From: an uncultured Christensenella sp.
GTDB taxonomy: Bacteria; Bacillota; Clostridia; Christensenellales; UBA3700
Direction of reading: 5' to 3'
NCBI GenBank assembly: GCA_910577845.1
Contig: CAJTNA010000004.1
Coordinates: forward strand, 15,280-79,279
Length of the DNA: 64,000 nucleotides
Shown here piece by piece: positions 17,347 through 26,480 of the stretch. The stretch's first letter is position 1, and every line of letters starts with the position of its first letter. The position numbers and the translations under genes are program-made. Under the pieces are notes generated by a model, which was not told the DNA's origin, searched no databases, and was given only the letters and a program-made list of their open reading frames with translations.

Positions 17347-18282
17347 ATGCTAAAGAGGATAGTAACAGCAGTCGGTTTGTTGGCAGTTGTCTTTGCAAGC
17401 GTATTTTGGCTTAGAATGTACAGCTTGATAGCCACTGATATTATCATAATGGCATTTGCCTTGGTTGGCGGATATGAAATGTTTAAAAGCTTAAGGAAAA
17501 AGTCTGTTACAAGAGTAGTTGTTGATGTAAATTTTGTAAGTGATGGAAAAAGTAGCTATAAAGTTTCTGAATTCAAATTGCAACCGATGTTAATACCAAT
17601 TGCACTTTGTATGGTAATTATTTACCCTTTGATTTACTTTTTTAAAGAGTTGGGGCTTGTTGTTACACTTGCGGTGGCAACAATTATAAGTTTAATTATT
17701 ATGGTCGTTAAGCATAAAGAGTATTCAATAAGTGATGTTGGTGCTACAGTATTCAATATTGTTTATCCAATACTAATAATGAGTATACTTGTTATAATGA
17801 ATCATAGTAAAATGGGGTTGCTTAGCATATTTAGTACATTTGCAGTAGTAGTACTTACAGATACAATGGCATTTTTTGTTGGTATAACTTGCAAAGGTCC
17901 AAAGTTATGTCCTAATGTAAGTCCTAAAAAGACTATAAGTGGTGCAGTGGGTGGTGTGCTTGGTGGAATACTTGGTATGGTTATAGTATACTTGCTTTTC
18001 TGTCAGTTTAACTTGTTTAATTATATGAATAATGGTGAGCTAAATTATATCTTTTCTAATATTCCACTAAACTTGGCAGTTATGTTGCCATTGGGTGCCA
18101 TTTGCAGTGTAATTGCGGAATTTGGAGATTTAGCTGCAAGCATTATAAAACGTAAGATTGGTATAAAAGATTATGGCAATTTATTCCCAGGACACGGCGG
18201 TGTAATGGATAGAATAGATAGCTTTTTGGCAGTAATTCCAGTTATGTATATTGTTTTTGCAATTTGCGAAAGATTTGTTTGA
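17347..18282 (+). CDS. cdsA: phosphatidate cytidylyltransferase
   Basis: Signature SIIKRKIGIKDYGNLFPGHGGVMDRIDS. I chose the start at 17347, after GGGAGGG. The ORF track start at 17320 overlaps uppS. Confidence 0.88.
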   Translation: MLKRIVTAVGLLAVVFASVFWLRMYSLIATDIIIMAFALVGGYEMFKSLRKKSVTRVVVDVNFVSDGKSSYKVSEFKLQPMLIPIALCMVIIYPLIYFFKELGLVVTLAVATIISLIIMVVKHKEYSISDVGATVFNIVYPILIMSILVIMNHSKMGLLSIFSTFAVVVLTDTMAFFVGITCKGPKLCPNVSPKKTISGAVGGVLGGILGMVIVYLLFCQFNLFNYMNNGELNYIFSNIPLNLAVMLPLGAICSVIAEFGDLAASIIKRKIGIKDYGNLFPGHGGVMDRIDSFLAVIPVMYIVFAICERFV

Positions 18283-18491
18283 TTGTTAAATTGATAATAA
18301 ACACTTTGAAAATCGATATTAATTATAATTTGAATTAATAATAAAATAATTTAGAGCAAACCAATTATAAAATTTATACTGCTTATAAATAGTAAATTCC
18401 ACATTTATAATTAGTTGGTTAATGTTAAGTAGCTGAAATTAGTTGTTACTTAAAGCAATTTGTTTATGTGCAAGTTAGTTAAAGGGGTAAT

Positions 18492-19622
18492 ATGAAAGAG
18501 ATAATTATATTAGGTTCTACTGGTTCAATTGGTAAACAAACTTTGGATATTGTAAGAGAGTATCCAGAAATGTTTTGTGTTGTAGGAATGTCTTGCAACA
18601 GCAATGTAGAATTGTTCAATAAACAAATCGCAGAGTTTAAACCTAAATATGTTTATGTTCACGATAAAGTAGCTCGTAGCAAATGTGAACTTTATGGCAG
18701 TAAAATGTTGGGGTCTAGTGAGGAATTAGTAAGTATTCCACAAGGTCAAATAGTTGTTACTGCTATGGTTGGTATTAGTGGACTAATTCCTACAATAGTA
18801 GCAATAAATAACGGCAAAGATATTGCACTTGCAAACAAGGAAACTTTGGTTACTGGTGGTGATATAGTTATGCCTCTTGCAAAACAAAAGGGGGTAAACA
18901 TTTTTCCAGTTGACTCTGAGCATAGTGCTATATGGCAATGTAGTGAGTATGGTAGAGCAAAAGATATAAAAGGTTTGATATTGACAGCTAGTGGCGGTGC
19001 TTTTAGAGGTCGTAGTCAAGCGGAATTGTTAAAGGTTACTGCAAAAGACGCATTGAAACATCCAACGTGGAATATGGGGGCAAAAGTTACTATAGATAGT
19101 AGTACACTTATGAATAAAGGACTTGAGATTATTGAGGCGAAGCATTTGTTTAATATGCCAGTTGAAAAAATTGAGGTTGTAATTCATAAACAAAGTATTA
19201 TTCATAGTTTGGTTACATATAATGATAATAGCGTTATAGCCGAAATGTCTTATCCAGATATGAGGTTACCAATACAACTTGCATTATCTTATCCATCAAA
19301 AATCGGTACTAAATTGCCAGAGCTTGATTTGACAGAGGTAGCTCAGCTTACTTTTGAAAAACCAGATATGAATGTTTTTCCTTGCCTTGGCATAGCTAAA
19401 GAGTGTGCAAAGCTTGGTGGGTTGTACCCAACATTAATGAATGGTGCAAATGAAATAGCAGTTGATGCATTTTTGAAAAACAAAATAGGTTTTTATGATA
19501 TAAATGATATTATCAGTAAAGTTGTATGCAAAGGCGAAAGTTGTAGTGAAATTACTTTGGATAGTATTATTCAAGCGGATAAAATGGCACGAGAGGTTGC
19601 AAAACAATTGATTAAATGTTAA
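18492..19622 (+). CDS. dxr: 1-deoxy-D-xylulose 5-phosphate reductoisomerase
   Basis: ILGSTGSIGKQTLDI, LANKETLV, DSEHSAI, HPTWNMG. Confidence 0.96.
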   Translation: MKEIIILGSTGSIGKQTLDIVREYPEMFCVVGMSCNSNVELFNKQIAEFKPKYVYVHDKVARSKCELYGSKMLGSSEELVSIPQGQIVVTAMVGISGLIPTIVAINNGKDIALANKETLVTGGDIVMPLAKQKGVNIFPVDSEHSAIWQCSEYGRAKDIKGLILTASGGAFRGRSQAELLKVTAKDALKHPTWNMGAKVTIDSSTLMNKGLEIIEAKHLFNMPVEKIEVVIHKQSIIHSLVTYNDNSVIAEMSYPDMRLPIQLALSYPSKIGTKLPELDLTEVAQLTFEKPDMNVFPCLGIAKECAKLGGLYPTLMNGANEIAVDAFLKNKIGFYDINDIISKVVCKGESCSEITLDSIIQADKMAREVAKQLIKC

Positions 19623-19632
19623 TAGGTGTTGT

Positions 19633-20730
19633 ATGGGTTTGATTTTGTCAGCAGTGACTTTTGGTGGAGTAATGAAATGGATTGGTTTTATTGCCATAGC
19701 TCTACTTTGCCTTATGTTTATGATTGTAGTTCACGAGTTTGGTCACTTTGTAGTGGGCAGATTACTTGGTTTTAAAGTGGACGAATTTGCTGTTGGTTTT
19801 GGTCCTGCAATTTTTAAATATACAAGTAAAAAGTCTGGTGTAATTTTTTCTCTTAGATGTTTGCCATTAGGTGGGTTCTGCGGATTCCACGGTGAGAATG
19901 ACGAGGAAGATAAACCTTTAACTAAAGATAACTTTAATTTTCATAAGCCTTGGAAAAGAATACTTGTTTTTATTGCGGGGGCCGGATTCAATCTTCTGTC
20001 TGCAGTAGTGCTTTGTACAATATTTTTTATGGCATATGGTGATATGATGCCAAAAGTACTTATGACTTATCAGTTTGAAAATGGTATTGAGCAAAATTTG
20101 CAAGAGGGCGATTTGATTATTGCCGTTGACGGAAAAAGTTTATATTCCACTGCTGTGCCTAATGATTTAGCAAACAGAATACAAAAACATAGTGATAAAA
20201 TGAATGTAACCATTATCCGTGATGGTGATAAACAAGATATAGTTATCTATATAGGTGATTATCTTTCAACTAATGCGGAAAATCAAGTAATTGAGAGTCG
20301 TGGACTTGGTATATCTATTACCTATGAGGAATATAGATTTGGTTTTATTGAGTCATTAGGTAGGTCGTTTGTTTTTATCTTTAAGTTGTTTGGTACAATA
20401 TTTACCTCAATTGGTGCAGTCATAACTGGTGCATTGGGAGTAGGGGAGGCAATGGGTGGTACAGTTACTGCAATACAGCAAATTGCAATGGTATCTCAAA
20501 TTGGTTTTAGGGGTGTTTTGTTTGCCGTTTGTGCATTGTCTGCAAATATAGCAATTATGAATTTGTTGCCAATACCAGCTTTAGACGGAGCACACGTTGT
20601 ATTTACAACTATAGAATGGGTAAGAGGTAAGCCACTCAATAGAAAAGTGGAAAATATTATCCATACTATAGGTTTAATTTGTTTGTTTGCACTTGCAATT
20701 ATATTAGACGTGGTACATTTTGTAAGTTGA
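19633..20730 (+). CDS. rseP: RIP metalloprotease RseP (site-2 protease)
   Basis: HEFGHF zinc motif, a central PDZ-like region, and NLLPIPALDG. Confidence 0.9.
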   Translation: MGLILSAVTFGGVMKWIGFIAIALLCLMFMIVVHEFGHFVVGRLLGFKVDEFAVGFGPAIFKYTSKKSGVIFSLRCLPLGGFCGFHGENDEEDKPLTKDNFNFHKPWKRILVFIAGAGFNLLSAVVLCTIFFMAYGDMMPKVLMTYQFENGIEQNLQEGDLIIAVDGKSLYSTAVPNDLANRIQKHSDKMNVTIIRDGDKQDIVIYIGDYLSTNAENQVIESRGLGISITYEEYRFGFIESLGRSFVFIFKLFGTIFTSIGAVITGALGVGEAMGGTVTAIQQIAMVSQIGFRGVLFAVCALSANIAIMNLLPIPALDGAHVVFTTIEWVRGKPLNRKVENIIHTIGLICLFALAIILDVVHFVS

Positions 20731-20829
20731 AAGCATAATATTGTTAAATAATTATTGATTAATTATATATTGTATATTATTTAAGTATTGTAATTTATGT
20801 AGCATAAAAAAATATTTTATGGGGTAAAT

Positions 20830-21852
20830 ATGAAAGTACAAATTGGTAATGTTACTATTGGTGATGGCGAGAAGATAGCTATTCAATCAATGTGTAATAC
20901 AAAAACAACGGATATTGAGGGGAGTATTAAACAAATTTTGCAACTTGAGGAATATGGTTGTGATATTGTTAGGCTGTCTGTACCCGATGTGGAAAGTAGT
21001 ATCGCTCTTAAAGAGATTATAAAAAATGTGCATATTCCAGTAGTTGCGGATATTCATTTTGACTATCGTTTAGCGATTGCATCTTGTGATAGTGGTGCAA
21101 GTAAAATACGTATCAACCCTGGCAATATTGGAGATGAGGGAAAAGTTAAATATGTTGCCGATTACTTAAAAGAGAGGAATATTCCTATTCGTATTGGTGT
21201 AAATGGTGGTTCACTAGAAAAGCAATATAAAAATTTACCACTTGCTGAGGCAATGTGCAAAAGTGCTTTAGGTCACGTAACTTTGCTTGAAAAATGCAAT
21301 TTCTACAATGCAATTATTTCTGTAAAATCAAGTGATGTAAGGACAAGCGTTGAGGCCTATAGATTGCTTGCAAAAGCTTGTGATTATCCTTTACACGTGG
21401 GCATTACTGAAGCAGGAGTTTATGAAAGAGGTGTAATAAAATCCGCTGTTGGAATTGGTAGTTTATTGCTTGACGGAATTGGTGATACAATAAGAGTTAG
21501 TTTGTCAGACGAGCCATATAAAGAGGTGATTGTCGCAAAAAATATTTTAAACTGTTTAGGACTTGGCGAGCCACACGTTGAGGTTATAAGTTGCCCTACT
21601 TGTGCAAGAACAAATATAGATGTTGCGGGGCTTGCTAATATGGTTGTTGAAGCTACAAAAGACATAAAAAAATCTGCTAAGATTGCAGTTATGGGGTGTG
21701 TAGTCAATGGACCAGGTGAGGCATCAAGCTGTGATTTCGGTGTTGCGGGTGGAAAAGATAAGTCTGCAATTTTTGCAAATGGAAAGGTTTTAAAAACTAT
21801 TGATAACAGCGAATTGATTAATGAGATTTTAGCTTTTATATCTAAATTATAA
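20830..21852 (+). CDS. ispG: 4-hydroxy-3-methylbut-2-en-1-yl diphosphate synthase
   Basis: IQSMCNTKT, RINPGNIG, CPTCART, MGCVVNGPGE. Confidence 0.96.
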   Translation: MKVQIGNVTIGDGEKIAIQSMCNTKTTDIEGSIKQILQLEEYGCDIVRLSVPDVESSIALKEIIKNVHIPVVADIHFDYRLAIASCDSGASKIRINPGNIGDEGKVKYVADYLKERNIPIRIGVNGGSLEKQYKNLPLAEAMCKSALGHVTLLEKCNFYNAIISVKSSDVRTSVEAYRLLAKACDYPLHVGITEAGVYERGVIKSAVGIGSLLLDGIGDTIRVSLSDEPYKEVIVAKNILNCLGLGEPHVEVISCPTCARTNIDVAGLANMVVEATKDIKKSAKIAVMGCVVNGPGEASSCDFGVAGGKDKSAIFANGKVLKTIDNSELINEILAFISKL

Positions 21853-22124
21853 AAATTATCTTTGATAAAAAAAACATTGTCATATAATTATGGTCAAAAA
21901 ATGATAATTTAAAATTATTGTGATGAATTGTGCTAAAATTATTTAAAAGATATAAGATAAAGCGTTGTACTAAATTAGGTTTTAAAAAATTGTAAGTTTA
22001 AAGCTATGACTTTAATGTTAATTTAAAAGTTGATAGTGTACAATAATAAATTGTAAAATTATTGGAATGGAAAAATATGTAAATAGGCTGTGAAAATCGG
22101 TACTATTTGTAAAATGAGGTTGTT

Positions 22125-23642
22125 GTGGAATTTTTGGATAAATTTAATGAATTAACAAATGAAAAGTATTTGCCTATGCGTGTTGGCAGTGTGGATATAC
22201 AAAAAAAACCGCCAGTAATAGCTGTTAATTTTTTGGTGCCTTATGACATTTTGGACTCTTACACTGAGGAGGATAAAAAGGCTATTAAAGAGGTGACAAG
22301 CAGTTTGTTGCCTACCTCAATGCAAGTAGAGGTTACTTTTACTAAATCGTTTATTGATGAGGAAATTGTAAGGCGTTATGTGCTTAACTTTTTTAAGGAA
22401 AAACACCCAACAGTTTTGATAGAGAATAATGAAATTGAGATTAAAATAGTAAATCAAATTGCTTTTGTAACTATTAATATGAAATCTATGTTTTATGATT
22501 ATTTTAAGTCGGTTGACTTAGTGCATAACATTACACAATATATGGCTCATAAAATGTGTAATGAAATTAGATTGCAAGTTGTAGATAGCAAACAAGATAT
22601 AAACTTTGATACAGATTTGGCTACTGAGGATTCTATTACTATTGTTAGTCGTAGGATAAGGACAAATAACCATACAAAAATTGTTGGCAAGGAAATTACT
22701 TCTCGTGCAAGGTATATTGTGGACAGCAAAGATACTGAAGAGTACGCAATTTATGCTGGCGAAGTAATTGAGTTTAAGAGAAACGAAAGTAAAAAAACTG
22801 GTAACTCTTATTACGTTTTTAAGATAAATGATACCACTGGCAATATGACTTGTAAGGCGTTTGCAAAATATAAGGGCGAGGGCATTTATGACGAGATAAA
22901 TATTGGTGATGAGGTAATTATTACTGGCAGACGAGATGTGGATACTTTTTTACACGATAGCGTTTTGTTGTGCCGTGATATTAGCAAATGTGAGATTGAC
23001 AAGTCCTCAATCGTTCTTAAAGAGGAGTTGAAAGCTGTTCCACTAAGTTATGTGGCGGTTCGCCCAGAAAAATATGTCGATTTTGTTCAAGACGATTTGT
23101 TTGCAGTTGGTGAGGCTCAACAAGTTACACCTTACCTAATGGGTAAATCTTTTGTTGTGTTCGATTTTGAAACCACTGGCATAGATGTGTCTGATGAGGT
23201 TACGGAGTTAGGTGCTGTTAAAATTGTAGATGGTGTTATTACGGAAACTTTTTCAACTTTTGTAAACCCACATATCCATATACCAGAGGAAATTACAAAA
23301 CTAACTTCTATTACTGACGATGATGTTAAAGATGCACCAGATATGTCAGAAGTTATTGCAGATTTTTATAAGTTTAGCGAAAACTGCACTTTGGTAGCTC
23401 ATAACATTTCATTTGATAAAATGTTCGTGGATAAATATGCAAAATTAAATGGCTATATTTTCCCTAATCATACTATGGATACTTTGGCTATGGCAAGGAA
23501 AAGTGTAATTTGTAAAAATTATAAATTAGGCACTTTATGCACACATTTTGGCATTAGTTTAGAGGGGGCTCATAGAGCGGTTAATGATTGCTTGGCAACT
23601 GCAAAATTGTTTATAGAACTTGTTAAAATTGGTAAGTTTTAA
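22125..23642 (+). CDS. PolC-derived protein: PolC-like N-terminal region + OB fold + DEDDh 3'-5' exonuclease, with no PHP or polymerase domains
   Basis: GTG start after GAGG. OB-like segment YYVFKINDTTGNMTCKAFAKY...VIITGRRDVDTF. Exonuclease motifs FVVFDFETTG, VAHNISFDKMF and HRAVNDC. The gene sits where polC lies in conserved Firmicutes synteny. Confidence 0.85.
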   Translation: MEFLDKFNELTNEKYLPMRVGSVDIQKKPPVIAVNFLVPYDILDSYTEEDKKAIKEVTSSLLPTSMQVEVTFTKSFIDEEIVRRYVLNFFKEKHPTVLIENNEIEIKIVNQIAFVTINMKSMFYDYFKSVDLVHNITQYMAHKMCNEIRLQVVDSKQDINFDTDLATEDSITIVSRRIRTNNHTKIVGKEITSRARYIVDSKDTEEYAIYAGEVIEFKRNESKKTGNSYYVFKINDTTGNMTCKAFAKYKGEGIYDEINIGDEVIITGRRDVDTFLHDSVLLCRDISKCEIDKSSIVLKEELKAVPLSYVAVRPEKYVDFVQDDLFAVGEAQQVTPYLMGKSFVVFDFETTGIDVSDEVTELGAVKIVDGVITETFSTFVNPHIHIPEEITKLTSITDDDVKDAPDMSEVIADFYKFSENCTLVAHNISFDKMFVDKYAKLNGYIFPNHTMDTLAMARKSVICKNYKLGTLCTHFGISLEGAHRAVNDCLATAKLFIELVKIGKF

Positions 23643-23872
23643 TTTAAAACTCCTTAGAAAAGTTTTGACAGATTAAGTTATAAATACTTTCAGAAATGCA
23701 ATCTAGATTGCTAAGAGAACGTATTTTTTGAGGGTAAGGGCTTATATATTAATTAATTGACTATTGGTTTTAAACATTCATATAACAATTAAACTTTTAA
23801 CTTAATATGTAACTTTTATTAGAAAATGAAATTGTTGTGATAAAAAAAATAATAAAAATATTTAAAAAACAC

Positions 23873-23901
23873 TTGCATTATGTTGTACAATGTGATATAC
23901 T
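23873..23901 (+). promoter_or_regulatory. sigma-A promoter of the rimP-nusA-infB operon
   Basis: TTGCAT, a 17-nt spacer, TATACT. Confidence 0.6.
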
Positions 23902-23922
23902 AATAGCGTAATAGATTAGCAT

Positions 23923-23955
23923 CTAAGGAGTGGTCGAACCACTCCTTAGTGTTTT
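23923..23955 (+). terminator. leader hairpin plus U-tract (attenuator-like) between the promoter and the rimP RBS
   Basis: 11-bp perfect stem CTAAGGAGTGG/CCACTCCTTAG with loop TCGAA, then TGTTTT. The GGAGG RBS follows at 23956-23960. Confidence 0.6.
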
Positions 23956-23964
23956 GGAGGATTT

Positions 23965-24429
23965 ATGTCAAAGGTTATTGATATGGTTGCTACACATATT
24001 ACAAAGGCTGTTGAGGATATTGGATATGAGATAGTAGAAATCACTTATAAAAAATATTTAGGTGATATGAACTTGACTATTTATATTGATAAGGATGGCG
24101 GTGTAGATTTGAATGGTTGTGAACTTGTGCATAGAACTATTGACCCTATTTTAGACGAGATTGACCCTACAAGTGGTGAAAAATACATTTTAAATGTTTC
24201 CTCACCTGGGATAGATAGACCGCTTAAGTTTGAGCGTGATTATCGTAGAAACTTGGACAAAGAGGTTAATATATCTTTGTTTGAAAAGGTTGGCGATATT
24301 AAAAAATTTGTTGCCATTTTACGAGCTTTTGACTTGCAAACAGGGATAATTAAAGTTGAGTATAAGGGGAAAGAGTTGGAACTTGAAATAAAAAACATTG
24401 CTCTTATAAAACCAGAACTTAAGTTTTAA
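23965..24429 (+). CDS. rimP: ribosome maturation factor RimP
   Basis: LNVSSPGIDRPLK, plus position upstream of nusA. Confidence 0.9.
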   Translation: MSKVIDMVATHITKAVEDIGYEIVEITYKKYLGDMNLTIYIDKDGGVDLNGCELVHRTIDPILDEIDPTSGEKYILNVSSPGIDRPLKFERDYRRNLDKEVNISLFEKVGDIKKFVAILRAFDLQTGIIKVEYKGKELELEIKNIALIKPELKF

Positions 24430-24603
24430 ACTTTTAATTAAATTTTAATTTAAAAGTAAATATCTCTATCAAGTAACAATAGTGGCAATTTAAGTGATAG
24501 CACTTTTAACTTTTTCAATAATTGAGATTGAACAACTTTATTGTTATAATTTAATATTATAATTTTTATTTTGTATTTTAAATTTAAGTAGAAAGTACTT
24601 AAG

Positions 24604-24740
24604 TAATTTTGGTAGTAGATATGTGCTTAAATTTGGTGGCTTGATGTTGGAATTATAATTAAGTATTATAAAACTTAGGTTATATTGGTGTAGGTTGGAA
24701 TTAAAGTTTTGGTGACTTGAGTTAGAATTTTGACCTAAGT
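24604..24740 (+). repeat. degenerate tandem repeats in the rimP-nusA spacer
   Basis: TTTGGTGGCTTGATGTTGGAATT (24632-24654), TTGGTGTAGGTTGGAATT (24685-24702), TTTTGGTGACTTGAGTTAGAATT (24707-24729), and TTTTGGTAGTAGAT (24607-24620). Confidence 0.7.
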
Positions 24741-24853
24741 AGGATAAGACTTAAATAATAGTAGTTGATATGGTATTATAAAGATACCTTTAATAAAATA
24801 AAAAATAAACAAACTTGAGATGAAAATTGATAATTTGTGGAGGAATTTATAAA

Positions 24854-25921
24854 ATGATTAATAAAGATTTTTTTGCAGCATTGGATGATTTGGAAAGAGA
24901 AAAGCGTATTGACAAGGCAACTTTTATTGAAACGCTAGAGGCGTCTTTAGTTTCTGCTTTTAAAAAGGAAACAGGCGAAGCAAGACCTATGACAGTAAAA
25001 ATCAATGAAAAGAGATGTGAAATAAAGGTTTATGCATACAAGACAGTGGTTGAGGAAGTTGTTGACTCTGACAAGGAAATTTTATTGTCTGATGCTAGAG
25101 AGATTAAAAAATCTTACAAAGTTGGTGACTGGGTATTATTTGAGGTTGCACCAAAAGAGCTTTCAAGAATTGCTATCCAAACAGCAAAACAAGTAGTTAT
25201 CCAAAGACTTAATGATGCACGTAAAGCACGTGTAATGTCTGAAATGTCTGATAGAGAGGGCGAAATTGCTAATGCACAAGTTATCAAAGTTGACGGGGAT
25301 ATAGTCTATCTTGAAATTTTAAGCACACAAATGACAGCAATTATGTCTGGTGCGGACAAAGTGCCAACAGAGAAATATTTGCCAGGTCAAACTTTGAAAG
25401 TTTATGTTAAAAATACTAGAACTAATGCAAGAGGTCCACAAGTAATTGTTTCAAGGTCTGTAGCTGGATTGGTTAAGAGATTGTTTGAGAACGAAGCTCC
25501 AGAAATCAAGAGTGGTGATATTGTTATAAAAGGTATTGTAAGAGATGCGGGCAATCGTACAAAGATGTCTGTGCATACTGACAATCCTAATATTGATGCA
25601 ATTGGCGGTTGTATTGGACAAAAGGGTGCAAGAATTAATGAGGTAGTAAGCGAATTGAATGGTGAGAAAGTGGATGTTATACGTTGGAGTGAGAATCCAC
25701 TTGAATACATTGCAAGAGCTTTAAGCCCAGCACCTGTACTTAGCATTACTCAAGAAGACGAAAAGACTGCAAGAGTTGTGGTTGATGATGATAAATTGTC
25801 ACTTGCTATTGGTAAAGGTGGACAAAACGTTAGACTTGCTGCAAAGCTTACTGGTTGGAAGATTGATGTTAAATCTAAATCACAAATGGCAGAAGCTGGA
25901 ATGGAAATAGTTGAGGAGTAA
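24854..25921 (+). CDS. nusA: transcription termination/antitermination factor NusA
   Basis: S1 and two KH domains (IGQKGARI, IGKGGQNV). ATG at 24854, after GGAGG. Confidence 0.96.
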   Translation: MINKDFFAALDDLEREKRIDKATFIETLEASLVSAFKKETGEARPMTVKINEKRCEIKVYAYKTVVEEVVDSDKEILLSDAREIKKSYKVGDWVLFEVAPKELSRIAIQTAKQVVIQRLNDARKARVMSEMSDREGEIANAQVIKVDGDIVYLEILSTQMTAIMSGADKVPTEKYLPGQTLKVYVKNTRTNARGPQVIVSRSVAGLVKRLFENEAPEIKSGDIVIKGIVRDAGNRTKMSVHTDNPNIDAIGGCIGQKGARINEVVSELNGEKVDVIRWSENPLEYIARALSPAPVLSITQEDEKTARVVVDDDKLSLAIGKGGQNVRLAAKLTGWKIDVKSKSQMAEAGMEIVEE

Positions 25922-25924
25922 ATT

Positions 25925-26197
25925 GTGGTTAAAAAAATTCCTATGCGTATGTGCATTGTCTGCCATAAAATGGAAGACAAAAGAGATTTGATTAGGATAA
26001 TTAAAACAAAAGAGGGTGAGTATATGTTGGATGCCACTTTAAAAGCAAATGGCAGAGGAGCGTATATATGCAAAGACCCAGAATGTTTTGCAAAGCTTAT
26101 GAAAACTAAAGGGTTGAATAGAGCGTTTAAAGAAAATATTCCTAATGAAATTTATGAAAAGATTCAAGGAGAATATGATAAATACTACAAAAATTAA
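25925..26197 (+). CDS. ylxR: YlxR/RnpM family RNA-binding protein (DUF448)
   Basis: PMRMCIVC...GRGAYIC motif, plus position after nusA. Confidence 0.85.
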   Translation: MVKKIPMRMCIVCHKMEDKRDLIRIIKTKEGEYMLDATLKANGRGAYICKDPECFAKLMKTKGLNRAFKENIPNEIYEKIQGEYDKYYKN

Positions 26198-26480
26198 GTC
26201 TTATATAGGATTTGCAATAAAAATGCGTAAAGCGACTTTTGGTGTAGAAGGCATAAAAACTTGTAGACATAAAATATATATTGTATTATATGACGAAAGT
26301 TTGGCTAGTAATTCACGCAAGAAGCTTAATGATTATTGTTCTAATCATAATATAGATTGTCGTTTGGTAGGGTTCAGTTTGAGTGAGCTTACAAAACGGG
26401 CTAATGTTAAAGCTGTTGCTATTGAGGATATGTCTTTAGCTGATGCGATTGCGAAGTGTATGGAGGTGCAATATGAGTGA
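26175..26480 (+). CDS. ylxQ: L7Ae-family ribosomal-protein-like YlxQ
   Basis: Lies between ylxR and infB. SYIGFAIKMRKATFG is L7Ae-like. Start chosen after AGGAG. Confidence 0.75.
   Translation: MINTTKIKSYIGFAIKMRKATFGVEGIKTCRHKIYIVLYDESLASNSRKKLNDYCSNHNIDCRLVGFSLSELTKRANVKAVAIEDMSLADAIAKCMEVQYE

Noticed and set aside
23923-23949. Hairpin with a TCGAA loop considered as a tRNA T-arm or tRNA fragment
   Set aside because: No acceptor, D or anticodon arms can be drawn around it. Its position between a promoter and an RBS fits a leader hairpin.
24604-24740. Tandem repeats considered as a CRISPR array or minisatellite
   Set aside because: The repeats are degenerate, of unequal length and irregularly spaced. 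There are no uniform spacers and no cas genes.
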